In this document: piece by piece, positions 8,806-17,739 of the stretch
Layout of the letters: every line of letters begins with the position of its first letter
Position numbering within the stretch: the stretch's first letter is position 1
Assembly: GCF_000013905.1 (NCBI RefSeq)
Contig: NC_007969.1
Span: forward strand, 3,027,877-3,059,876
Length of the DNA stretch: 32,000 bases
Direction of reading: 5' to 3'
Source: Psychrobacter cryohalolentis K5
GTDB lineage: Bacteria; Pseudomonadota; Gammaproteobacteria; Pseudomonadales; Moraxellaceae
Position numbers and translations under genes: made by a program
The notes under the pieces: model-generated
Seen by the model: only the letters and a program-made list of their open reading frames with translations
Databases searched by the model: none
What the model was told of the DNA's origin: nothing

Positions 8806-8834
8806 GATAAAGGTTGTGAAGGCAAATTTCAAGC
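8806..8834 (-). promoter_or_regulatory. Sigma-32 type promoter candidate for grpE
   Basis: Minus strand: GGG-CTTGAA-(12-14 nt)-AACCTTTAT. It lies about 215 nt upstream of the grpE ATG, which would place the 16-bp repeats in the 5' leader. Confidence 0.4.
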
Positions 8835-9127
8835 CCAGCGCAAGGAATTTTTCTCACCAATAAAAACCACTATGCAAATAAAGAAAAAATAGCCGGATAT
8901 CTATCAATTTCGCATACACATTGCTGATCTTTATTAACCATAAATATGTAGTTAAGCCAACAAAAGGTACAAAAAGTCGTCATTTATTCCCACTCCTTTA
9001 CGCTTTGTACCCAAACTATTACCAAAGAATACCCAACTTAATTTTCGATTATTTTATGATTGCTATAATCAAAATTGACTGCATAACAGTCATTACACAT
9101 TTGCCAAATGTCAGCAAAATACTAACA

Positions 9128-9156
9128 GTGAATACTTACCATTAATAAGTATTCAC
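9128..9156 (+). promoter_or_regulatory. Perfect 11-bp inverted repeat (operator or leader hairpin) upstream of the esterase gene
   Basis: GTGAATACTTA-ccattaa-TAAGTATTCAC. It ends 9 nt before the AAGAGG RBS and 20 nt before the ATG at 9177. A TGcTATAAT extended -10 element lies at 9061-9069. Confidence 0.5.
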
Positions 9157-9176
9157 CATGATTTTTAAGAGGTGTT

Positions 9177-10628
9177 ATGTCTAACTCAACAGTACTATCA
9201 GTCAACACCTTACTCAATAAAGCGGTGAAGACCCTAAATCTTATGTCATTTGGACAAGATAAGAACCCCAAAAGCACTGATATCAATATATCAGCTGAAA
9301 TAATGGATATAGATGAGAGTGCTTTGCAAGATAGTCGCGAGGATAAAGGCTTATCTATTAAAGAAAAGATACTCGAGCACCATCTGATGACCAACTATCA
9401 ACCGCATCTACTGCACTATGCCATAAAAAGCTTTGGCTGCTTACCTACGCCGATTCTTGAGAGTTTGATAAAGTGTTTAGATGGACCTACTTCAAAGCAA
9501 TACTTGCATGTTGATGCCCATCTGCGCTTAATACTTGCAGTCAATAGCAAGCTAAAAACGCCTTTGCAGCTGATAGAGATGTCTGAGCTGCGTAAACGCT
9601 TTGCAACAGATGCGGTCGCTATGCAAGCACCAAAAGTATGGCAGCAGGCTTCTGACAACTTGCTTAGCAATTTGAAACAGTTTCATAAAAAAGGCGATAG
9701 CGCCATCAGTTGGCAAGATAGAACGATTGCCAATGCCGACGACGGTGATATGACCATTCGCTGCTATCAAAATGAGACCTCTGATAATGGTTTTGGCTTT
9801 AAAAAAGAGCAGACCAGTAATCCTGATGAGACCGTGCTATTGTTTTTTCATGGTGGTGGATTTTGTATTGGTGACCTTAATACCCATCATGAATTTTGTC
9901 ATGCTATTTGTGAGCAGACGGGTTGGCCGGTCATTAGTGTTGATTATCGCTTAGCACCTGAACACCCTGCCCCTGCTGCCGTAAGAGACTGTATCAGTGC
10001 CTATGCTTGGTTAGCTGAACATTGTGAAGAATTTGGTGCTTTGCCATCACGCATTGTATTAGCAGGTGATAGCGCAGGTGGTGGATTATCTACTTTGATG
10101 GCTCAGCAAATCATCACGCCAAATAAAGAGGCTTGGTTGGATCTAGGTGATGAAGGTCAAAAGACCTTTGATATATTACAAGGTTTACCACATCCTATGG
10201 CACAGATGCCCTTATATCCTGTGACCGATATTGAGACCGATTATCCAAGCTGGGAATTATATGGTGAAGGTCTACTACTCGACCATGCTGATGTTGCCAT
10301 TTTTGATGCCGCTTGTTTAGAAAATAGTCCGTTACCGCGTCAGCATATCCTGACCTCACCGATGCTTGGGGACAATCGACAGGTTTGTCCCAGTTATGTC
10401 GTTGCAGCAGAATTAGATGTCTTACGTGATGAAGCGTTTGCTTATGCCGATCAGCTAAAGAGTTATGGTATAGCCGTACAAACCCATACGGTACTTGGCG
10501 CACCGCATGGATTTATTCACTTTATGAGCGTTCATCAAAGATTAGGGCAAGAAACTCAGCATATCATCACAGGGTTTGCTAATTTTGTGCGTGAAATCAT
10601 AAAAACAAGGGCGCTATTGAGCGCTTAA
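9177..10628 (+). CDS. Alpha/beta hydrolase, hormone-sensitive-lipase family (bacterial family IV esterase/lipase) with a ~200-aa N-terminal extension
   Basis: Oxyanion motif FFHGGGF, nucleophile elbow GDSAGG, acid motif LDVLRDE and catalytic HGF. A good RBS (AAGAGG) precedes the ATG at 9177. It is reminiscent of the cold-active Lip2 of Moraxella TA144, from recollection only, not verified. Confidence 0.85.
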   Translation: MSNSTVLSVNTLLNKAVKTLNLMSFGQDKNPKSTDINISAEIMDIDESALQDSREDKGLSIKEKILEHHLMTNYQPHLLHYAIKSFGCLPTPILESLIKCLDGPTSKQYLHVDAHLRLILAVNSKLKTPLQLIEMSELRKRFATDAVAMQAPKVWQQASDNLLSNLKQFHKKGDSAISWQDRTIANADDGDMTIRCYQNETSDNGFGFKKEQTSNPDETVLLFFHGGGFCIGDLNTHHEFCHAICEQTGWPVISVDYRLAPEHPAPAAVRDCISAYAWLAEHCEEFGALPSRIVLAGDSAGGGLSTLMAQQIITPNKEAWLDLGDEGQKTFDILQGLPHPMAQMPLYPVTDIETDYPSWELYGEGLLLDHADVAIFDAACLENSPLPRQHILTSPMLGDNRQVCPSYVVAAELDVLRDEAFAYADQLKSYGIAVQTHTVLGAPHGFIHFMSVHQRLGQETQHIITGFANFVREIIKTRALLSA

Positions 10629-10660
10629 TGAGAATTTTAATATTTGAGTGCTTATTGATC

Positions 10661-11809
10661 TTAAGTTTGAGTACCTACATTGGTACCTGTAAGATTGATT
10701 ATCCAAATCTCTGATCGGGAGCCTAGTCGAAACGGTATCCCCCAAAATCCATAGCCTGAGGACACCACAAAATGTCCCTTGCCAATGGCTTCATAGCCAT
10801 AACCCAAGCGGTTAATCGCGCTGACGATAAAATTAGCAGGGAATATTTGACCGTTATGGGTATGTCCTGATACTTGTAAATCTATTGGTAGCTGACTGTG
10901 TTCGATGATAGCGCTGGGTCTGTGATCTAAAAGAACCACGGGCTCAGCGCTATTGACTTGTGAGAGCAGCTCAGTCGTTGCGACACGCTGACGCTTGTGA
11001 TTATCAAAGCGTCCCATAAGCCATACCACTTCTCCTTGATGGCTGAAGTGTGTTGCTTGATCATTTAACAACTGCACGCCCGCCGCGCGTAAAGAGTCGC
11101 TGATGGGCTGCTCATGACCATATAAATCATGATTACCCAACGTCGCATAGACACCATATGGCAAACTGGCGACAAGTTTTGCCAAGCTATCTTTCATATT
11201 ATAAGTGTTAAATGCCTGTGTATTGTCATCCATGATATCGCCTGGCATCAATAAAACATCTGCTTGATACTTGCTTAGCATGATATGCAGCCGTTCAATA
11301 GCTTTATTACCAAATAGCCGACCTAAATGTAAATCACTAGCGACCGCGATACGCAATGGATTGTTTAAAGGTTTATGAATATGAATCGACAGCTCATGCA
11401 CAACGGGTATATATGCGCTATATAAAGCATATGCAAACAGCACTATAAAAAACAACAGCGCAAAAACGCGTAATCCAGCAGCAATTATCTCTGAATGGTC
11501 AAGCGTACTATCAAGCAAGGGGGTTAAAAGCCAAGACCCGCCATACAATATACCAGTCGCTACCGCAGTCAGCATCATGAAATGCATCACTAACATCCAA
11601 CCACTCATCCAGCGATAGCTATTAGAAAATAGCTTGGTAACGCTTAGTAATAATAAAACATGAGTGATTAAAAACACCCCTATCCATACCGCAATCGATG
11701 TAGTTGTCGAATCTATCCAAGGCTGCAGCCACCACTGCAAGCTGAACGCTGCAACCGTGCTAAAAAGCTCTAGCAGCACAATAATGGTGAAAATAAAGGC
11801 GTAACGCAT
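10661..11809 (-). CDS. Membrane-anchored metallophosphoesterase (calcineurin-like, YkuE/YaeI-type catalytic domain)
   Basis: The N-terminal ~130 aa contain about 4 TM helices. These are followed by the motifs ASDLHLG, PGDIMD, GNHD and GHTHNGQ. Confidence 0.85.
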   Translation of the reverse strand: MRYAFIFTIIVLLELFSTVAAFSLQWWLQPWIDSTTTSIAVWIGVFLITHVLLLLSVTKLFSNSYRWMSGWMLVMHFMMLTAVATGILYGGSWLLTPLLDSTLDHSEIIAAGLRVFALLFFIVLFAYALYSAYIPVVHELSIHIHKPLNNPLRIAVASDLHLGRLFGNKAIERLHIMLSKYQADVLLMPGDIMDDNTQAFNTYNMKDSLAKLVASLPYGVYATLGNHDLYGHEQPISDSLRAAGVQLLNDQATHFSHQGEVVWLMGRFDNHKRQRVATTELLSQVNSAEPVVLLDHRPSAIIEHSQLPIDLQVSGHTHNGQIFPANFIVSAINRLGYGYEAIGKGHFVVSSGYGFWGIPFRLGSRSEIWIINLTGTNVGTQT

Positions 11810-11889
11810 GAGGAAATCCTTGAGCGGGGTTTAAGCACTGTGTGTTTATTCTGAGCTAAATTCATTTAATCACAATATATTGAAGCGCA

Positions 11890-13050
11890 TTAGGTCGGTT
11901 GTAAAGTAATCAACCAAATCTCAGAGCGCGTCCCTAGCCTAAATGGCACCGCCCCGATACCATAACCTGAAGTGACCAAAAACTGGCTACCATTTACTGC
12001 TTTAAAGCCATAAACCAAAGGCGTAAACCATTTGAGTAAAACGGTTAAAGGAAATATTTGACCGCCATGGGTATGCCCTGATAAATGTAAATCAACCGGC
12101 AAGTCCTTTATTTCTGCTAAAGCCTCAGGACTATGCTCCAAAAACAGCACTGGTTTATCAGTTTGAATGTCACCCATCAAATCTGCTGCCGCAGGACGCT
12201 TAGGGTCTGTCGCATCTGAACGCCCAACCAGCAATACAGCATCATCCAACCATACGCTTTTATTATCAATCACCTGTATGCCAGCACGCTCAATCGCTTC
12301 GGCAATCGCAATCTCATTACCAGAGTAATCATGATTACCTAAAGTTGCATAGACACCAAGTGGCGCTCTTAATTTTGATAAATGCTCATGCATATTGGTT
12401 TTATCATAAGCATCAGTAGAGTCGTTCATGACGTCACCGGCGATAAGCACCACATCAGGATTTTGCCCATCTATTAGCGCAACCATTTTATCTATCTGCT
12501 GATTACCAAACCATCTACCCAAATGGGTATCAGAAACTAAGGCTATTCTCATCGGTTTGACTAAGTTTTTGTCCGTTTTTACTGTCAAATGATGAATGAC
12601 TGGAGAGTAGGCATTAAATACTGCCAAGCTTATAATCCCCGTATAAACAGCGACTGCAAACGCGCGAATGGATACGTTATTGAGCTTCTGTTTAAAAAAC
12701 TGAGTATAAATAACAGCAATGATAGCGGTGACCAAACCAGCATACAACATAAAGCCTTGCAAAATACTGGCGGCCAGATAGACATGAAAGCGCTCTCGCC
12801 AAAACTCACTCAGCCCGTAAATAAGAAAAATATTATTAATCACAAAAATACTGAGGACTAAACTTATATGACTAAAGCGAGATTTTGGTTTGATTAACCA
12901 CCAAAATATCATACTCGTCATAAACGCCAGTAGTTGCGTACCTATTATAAAAAGCCACATAACAAAATTTAACCAGCCAAAGACGCACGTATAGTACGTC
13001 AATATTCTTACGTGTTGAAGACAGAGTTTTTGTTTATTGAAACCTGACAC
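11890..13050 (-). CDS. Membrane-anchored metallophosphoesterase, paralog of the neighbouring gene
   Basis: Same architecture and motifs as its neighbour (VSDTHLG, AGDVMND, GNHD, GHTHGGQ) and a similar C-terminal ...FRLGTRSEIWLI. The start is uncertain: GTG at 13050 or ATG at 12960. The latter aligns better with the paralog's N-terminus. Confidence 0.8.
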   Translation of the reverse strand: MSGFNKQKLCLQHVRILTYYTCVFGWLNFVMWLFIIGTQLLAFMTSMIFWWLIKPKSRFSHISLVLSIFVINNIFLIYGLSEFWRERFHVYLAASILQGFMLYAGLVTAIIAVIYTQFFKQKLNNVSIRAFAVAVYTGIISLAVFNAYSPVIHHLTVKTDKNLVKPMRIALVSDTHLGRWFGNQQIDKMVALIDGQNPDVVLIAGDVMNDSTDAYDKTNMHEHLSKLRAPLGVYATLGNHDYSGNEIAIAEAIERAGIQVIDNKSVWLDDAVLLVGRSDATDPKRPAAADLMGDIQTDKPVLFLEHSPEALAEIKDLPVDLHLSGHTHGGQIFPLTVLLKWFTPLVYGFKAVNGSQFLVTSGYGIGAVPFRLGTRSEIWLITLQPT

Positions 13051-13078
13051 TATTTATGTTTTTATCCCTTTATAAAAA

Positions 13079-13120
13079 CCAAAAAAGCGGATTGTTTCAT
13101 GTGAAACAATCCGCTTTTTC
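13079..13120 (-). terminator. Rho-independent terminator after the YfcH-like gene
   Basis: Perfect 13-bp arms GCGGATTGTTTCA-TG-TGAAACAATCCGC. On the minus strand these are followed by TTTTTT. The hairpin core is a copy of the recurrent GTTTCA-NN-TGAAAC word. Confidence 0.85.
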
Positions 13121-13178
13121 AGTCTATGAAATAGCTATAGCGCTTACTATAGATTTATTATGCCAGATTTGATGAGTA

Positions 13179-14144
13179 CTATTTTACTGCTTGTTGTTCC
13201 AAGGCTTCTTTAAACGTTTGATGTTTAAACTCAAACCCACCATCAAGCAATGCTTTCGGCAGCACCTTCTGTCCATCAATGAGCAGTGTCGACATTTCAC
13301 CAAATATCAGCTTGAGTAAAAACGCCGGCAAAGTAAAAAAGGTCGGACGATGTAGCCAAGCGCCCAATGTTTTGGTGAAAGTATGATTAGTGACAGGATT
13401 TGGCGCGGTTAGATTATAAATTTTCATGTCGTTATTGCTTGCTGGATGGAGCGTATTCTCGTTAACCTGAAAAGCACTGTCATTAAGCTGCTGCTCTATA
13501 ACAAATGTTACTGCCGCTACCCAATCATCACGGCTGATCCAACTCATGATTTGTTGACCATCACCTAATTGTCCACCAACACCCATTTTAAAAGGGGTTA
13601 AGAGCTTGCTAAGCATACCGCCTGTAGGATGGATGACCACACCCGTACGCACAAGCGTCACTGGCACACCAAACTCAGTTGCTTGTAGCGCCAGCTGCTC
13701 CCAATCATCACATAACTGATGGGCAAAATCTGTCTGAAAACCACTGCTCTCGGTCAAGGGTTTAACGCCTTGATTGCCATACCAACCAATCGCGGAACCA
13801 CTAACAAGCAATTTTGGCTTTACATGACTGCGGGCAACAAATGCCAGTATATCTTTTGTCGGCTTCATTCGACTGGCTAGCAATTGCTCTTTACGATCGT
13901 CACTCCAGCGCGCATCAGCAATACCTGCGCCAGCTAGATTTAAAATCACATCAAAGTATGCATCTGACTTTGTAAGTTCATCATAGGTCATCATTGTGAT
14001 ATCACTAGGATGTGCTTGATTACTATCACGGGTCAACCAAGTAATCTGTAACGCTTTTCCCATCTGTTGGTAGCGCATCAAGAGCTCTTGGCTAAAAGCA
14101 CTACCCAAAAATCCCGAACCACCGCTGATTAGAATATTCATCAC
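13179..14144 (-). CDS. NAD-dependent epimerase/dehydratase-family protein, YfcH/TIGR01777-like (SDR with DUF1731-type C-terminus)
   Basis: Rossmann motif ILISGGSGFLGS at the N-terminus. About 320 aa, with a C-terminal ...GQKVLPKALLDGGFEFKH typical of YfcH-like proteins. Confidence 0.8.
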   Translation of the reverse strand: MMNILISGGSGFLGSAFSQELLMRYQQMGKALQITWLTRDSNQAHPSDITMMTYDELTKSDAYFDVILNLAGAGIADARWSDDRKEQLLASRMKPTKDILAFVARSHVKPKLLVSGSAIGWYGNQGVKPLTESSGFQTDFAHQLCDDWEQLALQATEFGVPVTLVRTGVVIHPTGGMLSKLLTPFKMGVGGQLGDGQQIMSWISRDDWVAAVTFVIEQQLNDSAFQVNENTLHPASNNDMKIYNLTAPNPVTNHTFTKTLGAWLHRPTFFTLPAFLLKLIFGEMSTLLIDGQKVLPKALLDGGFEFKHQTFKEALEQQAVK

Positions 14145-14284
14145 TTATTATCCTTATTATTGATTATATTCTCATCAGTGTGACAAAAAGCACACTATGA
14201 AAACAAGGGGACAAGTGTAGACGTTAGGGCTAAGTAATAAGAAGCAGAGATAGTTATGCGAAATTTTGGCTATTAAATATTAGA

Positions 14285-14929
14285 CTATCGAATAACTTGT
14301 CCTGTCAATGCATCGCCTATTTGGCTTGGCAATTGATAGCCTAGTGTTTCCCCTTTAAGATAACCAACGCACTCATCTGAGTTTACATTGTCACCTAAGA
14401 AATAACTCTGTGCTTCGATGAGTGACAGAGCAGGTGGCTTTCCTGATGGGTTGCAGCTTGTTGAGACGACAAAACCGTAAGGATTGCTAACTGACACCAT
14501 TTGCGCGCACAGTTGCTTAACCAATGGATGATCAATCACACGTACGGCAACACTATCATGAGCACCAGTAATCCATGATGGAATAGTAATCGGCAGATTT
14601 TTTGGAATAGGTAGTAGCCAAGTATGCGCTTGTTTGGCAGTGGCGTTTATAGAATCAGCTTGCCAACTATCAAGTACGGTTTGCCGCTCTACAGCCGTTA
14701 GACCTTCTAGCAGAGCCGTAATGCGGCTGGGACTATCAGTGACCACAATCATCCCCTTCTCTATTGGGCGCTGCTTGATATCAAGTAGCCGCATGACTGC
14801 TTGCTTATTGAATGGGTCACAACCAATGCCCCACACACTTTCGGTTGGGTAAGCAAGTAGCTGCCCGTTTTTAAGCCAAGTAGCCGCTTGAATAGTAGAG
14901 TCAGTAATAAGGGGTGTAGATAAGGACAT
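14285..14929 (-). CDS. tsaC: L-threonylcarbamoyladenylate synthase (YrdC/Sua5 domain, t6A biosynthesis)
   Basis: The YrdC signature LAYPTESVWGIGCDP...A...L..IK.RP..KG, and VSTSCNPSGKPP. Single-domain size (214 aa). Conserved position next to dprA. Confidence 0.88.
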   Translation of the reverse strand: MSLSTPLITDSTIQAATWLKNGQLLAYPTESVWGIGCDPFNKQAVMRLLDIKQRPIEKGMIVVTDSPSRITALLEGLTAVERQTVLDSWQADSINATAKQAHTWLLPIPKNLPITIPSWITGAHDSVAVRVIDHPLVKQLCAQMVSVSNPYGFVVSTSCNPSGKPPALSLIEAQSYFLGDNVNSDECVGYLKGETLGYQLPSQIGDALTGQVIR

Positions 14930-15027
14930 AAATAATGCCTTTAGAACAAAGAGAATGAAAAGAGATAGCGTGAATTTATTTTACAAAAAATGCAGTGCTG
15001 CAAGTATATTTAAAAACATCAGTATCA

Positions 15028-16251
15028 TTAAATACGTAAATAGCGTCCACCTTGGACCGTCACTGCGCCCAATAGCTCTAGCTCCATCAACTGCCCAATC
15101 AATTGTGCGGGCACAAGCTCAGTCACAAGGATAAGTGCATCCAAATCTTGACCATGCCAGTCCAACTTTTCAAACAAGGTGGTTAGATGCTCAGGTACAG
15201 TAATACTAGGCGCTGGCTTCACTTCCTGAGGTTTTATTGTTTTTTTAATGGTAGCAGACTGCTTAAATACTGACTTATCAAGACTTTGTGCTTTTGAATT
15301 ATGATCAAGTTGATGCTGCTTAGACTGGCTTGGCAATTGCACACTGATATCATCCAATACTTGCTGAGGATGATAAACCAAGGTCGCACCCTCACGTATT
15401 AAATGATGGCACCCTTCAGCATTGCTATTGTCTATATGACTTGGAATTGCAAAAACTTGCTTACCTTGCTCGGATGTGAGGCGCGCAGTAATAAGCGAGC
15501 CACTTTTAATCGTTGCCTCAGTGACGATGGTCGCAAGGCTCAACCCTGCAACCAAGCGGTTGCGACGTGGAAAAGTATGCTTATGTGGTAGCGTATGCGG
15601 TAATAGTTCACTGATGATGCAACCACCTTGCTCAATAATTTGGCTAAACAGACGATCATGATGATTGGGATAATTGACATCAATACCCGTCCCCATAACG
15701 CCGACTGTGCGACCTTGGCACGCTACATCGGTCTGTGCCAATGCGCCAAGATGGGCGCGCTTATCCACACCAATGGCAAGTCCACTGGTAATGACGTAGC
15801 CTGCTTGTGCAAGATACTGTGCCATATCAAAGGTAATTTTTTGCGCGTGTGCCGTCGGCTTGCGACTGCCAACAATAGCGATTTGTGCCCAACGCAACAA
15901 TTCACTATTACCTCGATAAAATAACAGCGGCGGTGGATCGTAGATTTCTAACAATTGAGCAGGATAATTAGGTTGGTCGGCAAATAATAGACCGTACTTT
16001 TCTTCTATCAATGCTTGTTGAATGGTATCGATGCTGGCGCGCGTTTTCTCTGGATGTTCATGACGAGTTAAATGGCTATGATGAATCCCTAGTTGACGCC
16101 ACGACTCTACGCCAGCTTGCCATGCAAGCTGCGCACTATCATAGTTATGAATGAGTTTATGATAAGATGATAATGACGCATTTAACTCAAACCACAGCGC
16201 CAGTATTGCACGCTGCTCATCTGATAAAGTAAAAGTGGCTACCGTCATCAT
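15028..16251 (-). CDS. dprA: DNA-processing protein A (Smf), natural-transformation ssDNA/RecA mediator
   Basis: Rossmann-like DprA core: IAIVGSRKPT..., ITSGLAIGVDKRAHLGAL, GVMGTGIDVNYP..H, FPRRNRLVAGLS...VTEA..KSGSLITA. C-terminal winged-helix-like tail (LELLGAVTVQGGRY). Confidence 0.95.
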   Translation of the reverse strand: MMTVATFTLSDEQRAILALWFELNASLSSYHKLIHNYDSAQLAWQAGVESWRQLGIHHSHLTRHEHPEKTRASIDTIQQALIEEKYGLLFADQPNYPAQLLEIYDPPPLLFYRGNSELLRWAQIAIVGSRKPTAHAQKITFDMAQYLAQAGYVITSGLAIGVDKRAHLGALAQTDVACQGRTVGVMGTGIDVNYPNHHDRLFSQIIEQGGCIISELLPHTLPHKHTFPRRNRLVAGLSLATIVTEATIKSGSLITARLTSEQGKQVFAIPSHIDNSNAEGCHHLIREGATLVYHPQQVLDDISVQLPSQSKQHQLDHNSKAQSLDKSVFKQSATIKKTIKPQEVKPAPSITVPEHLTTLFEKLDWHGQDLDALILVTELVPAQLIGQLMELELLGAVTVQGGRYLRI

Positions 16252-16305
16252 CGTATGACTCTTATAGGCTTATCTAAGATCTGCTCGCTAAAACTTGAGG
16301 CAGGG

Positions 16306-17403
16306 TTATAAATAAGGAGGTGGCAACAGCTGATCACCAATGCTCAGTGGCAGCTCAGACTCAAGCACATAAGCATAACTGATATTGTCAAAACTATTGA
16401 ACACCATCACCATACCGCTTGGCTCACTTGGCAAACGTACCGGTGTATCATTGTCCTTAATATCACGTATGACTGCGCCTTTTTGATAAACAGTCAACAC
16501 ATCACCCGGCTTCGCACCATGTATGCGACCCAAGTTAATTGCCACCACACTACCTTTGGCAGCTGAGCTGATAGAATCCATCACACGAACAATCATACCA
16601 CCGCGATTAACGGTTGCAGGCGTCGGATAAAAGACTGGTGGGATAGCATTGTCTAATTCAACAAATACTCGATCGCCTTCACGAACTTCTTTACCGTAAC
16701 TGTCGATAAGCTGCAAGCTCGTCACGCCATTGGTTGCCGTAGACGTAACCAATCCCGTTGCCACTTGTGTGACTTCTAAACCAATGACTTTTTGCGTTTT
16801 TGGCTCGATATACATCTCGCCTTCACGGTAGATACCATAACGTTGACCTACAAGCAGTGGCACGCCTTTGGCATAAACCTTGTCACCACTAGCCGTAATT
16901 AAATTACCTTTTTTAGAGGCTAGAATATAAGGCGTGGTATTAAAATCTTGCGGATTAACAATTAGTGTCTTATCAAGCCAATGCTGAATGGCAGACCAAG
17001 GAATCGGCGGAATGCTATTGACAGCAGAGGTAACAGCGACTGTCGTAGTCACCACATTGCCTGTTAACTGTTTTTCAATCCCTGCACAACCCTCGCCCGT
17101 ATCAACGCCGATCAGAGTTTTACCTTGTATGACGCATAAAATCAAAACGTCGTTAGGATAAATAAGATGAGGGTTTTTGATTTGCTTATTGGTCGCCCAA
17201 ATCTCTTTCCAGCGCCATGGACTATCCAGATAACGTCCTGAAATATCCCACAAAGTATCGCCTTTTTTGACAATATAGCGATTGGGCGCATCCGCTTTAA
17301 TGGTCGGCGGGGGATTATTAGCGTGGGCGGTGCTCATCAGCATTGCACCACTAAAGGTTGTCACCAATAGCGCTTTTACGATATTTTTTAAGCTCATCTT
17401 CAT
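16306..17403 (-). CDS. Periplasmic LysM-domain peptidoglycan-binding protein, TsaP-like (type IV pilus secretin-associated protein family)
   Basis: Signal peptide MKMSLKNIVKALLVTTFSGAMLMSTAHA, so I start it at ATG 17403. The track ORF starts at 17439. LysM motif YIVKKGDTLWDISGRYLDSPWRWKEIWATNKQIKNPHLIYPNDVL. It occupies the conserved position next to dprA, as the TsaP homolog does in Pseudomonas and Neisseria. The TsaP assignment rests on family and synteny recollection. Confidence 0.75.
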   Translation of the reverse strand: MKMSLKNIVKALLVTTFSGAMLMSTAHANNPPPTIKADAPNRYIVKKGDTLWDISGRYLDSPWRWKEIWATNKQIKNPHLIYPNDVLILCVIQGKTLIGVDTGEGCAGIEKQLTGNVVTTTVAVTSAVNSIPPIPWSAIQHWLDKTLIVNPQDFNTTPYILASKKGNLITASGDKVYAKGVPLLVGQRYGIYREGEMYIEPKTQKVIGLEVTQVATGLVTSTATNGVTSLQLIDSYGKEVREGDRVFVELDNAIPPVFYPTPATVNRGGMIVRVMDSISSAAKGSVVAINLGRIHGAKPGDVLTVYQKGAVIRDIKDNDTPVRLPSEPSGMVMVFNSFDNISYAYVLESELPLSIGDQLLPPPYL

Positions 17404-17739
17404 GGTTATATCCACAATATGTAACGCTGGTAGCGCCATAATAAAGGCTACTTAAGTTGGCTTATTTTACCTTTGTTTAAAAATAACAACAAAGAATTAA
17501 GGAAAAATAAAGACTTATAGCACCTTATCATAACGTCTATAGAGCAGCTATTCAGTGTTAGTGACTGATATGAGTGACAGGTATGATTGCTAAAAAAGCG
17601 TCTGGTAAACCGATGACCTACTGACGCGATTTCTAATATTACAATTATATCCACCATAACACAATCATAAACACTTTTTTACAATAGCGTAACCTTAGAC
17701 TGGATATTCATTTTAACAATTAACTAAAAATAAAATCGA

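Noticed and set aside
8921-9394. ORFs 8921-9145(+) and 9122-9394(-) near the esterase start
   Set aside because: The first lies in the AT-rich promoter spacer and has no RBS. The second is antisense to the esterase N-terminus. Neither resembles a known family.
9673-9685. Cra/FruR-like palindrome TGAAAC-A-GTTTCA inside the esterase gene
   Set aside because: It is a single occurrence inside a CDS, with the arms in the opposite order to the recurrent word. The spacing is off by one from the Cra consensus.
14170-14195. Hairpin AGTGTG-N8-CACACT as a tsaC terminator
   Set aside because: The stem is short and no U-run follows it on the transcribed (minus) strand.
15771-15779. Perfect DnaA box TTATCCACA inside dprA
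   Set aside because: It is an isolated single box within a coding sequence, with no partner boxes or AT-rich tract. It is most simply explained by chance or codon usage.
17448-17657. 69-aa ORF in the thrC-LysM spacer
   Set aside because: It has no RBS and an implausible composition (Cys, Phe and Leu-rich with no pattern). It sits in a likely promoter region and is treated as noncoding.
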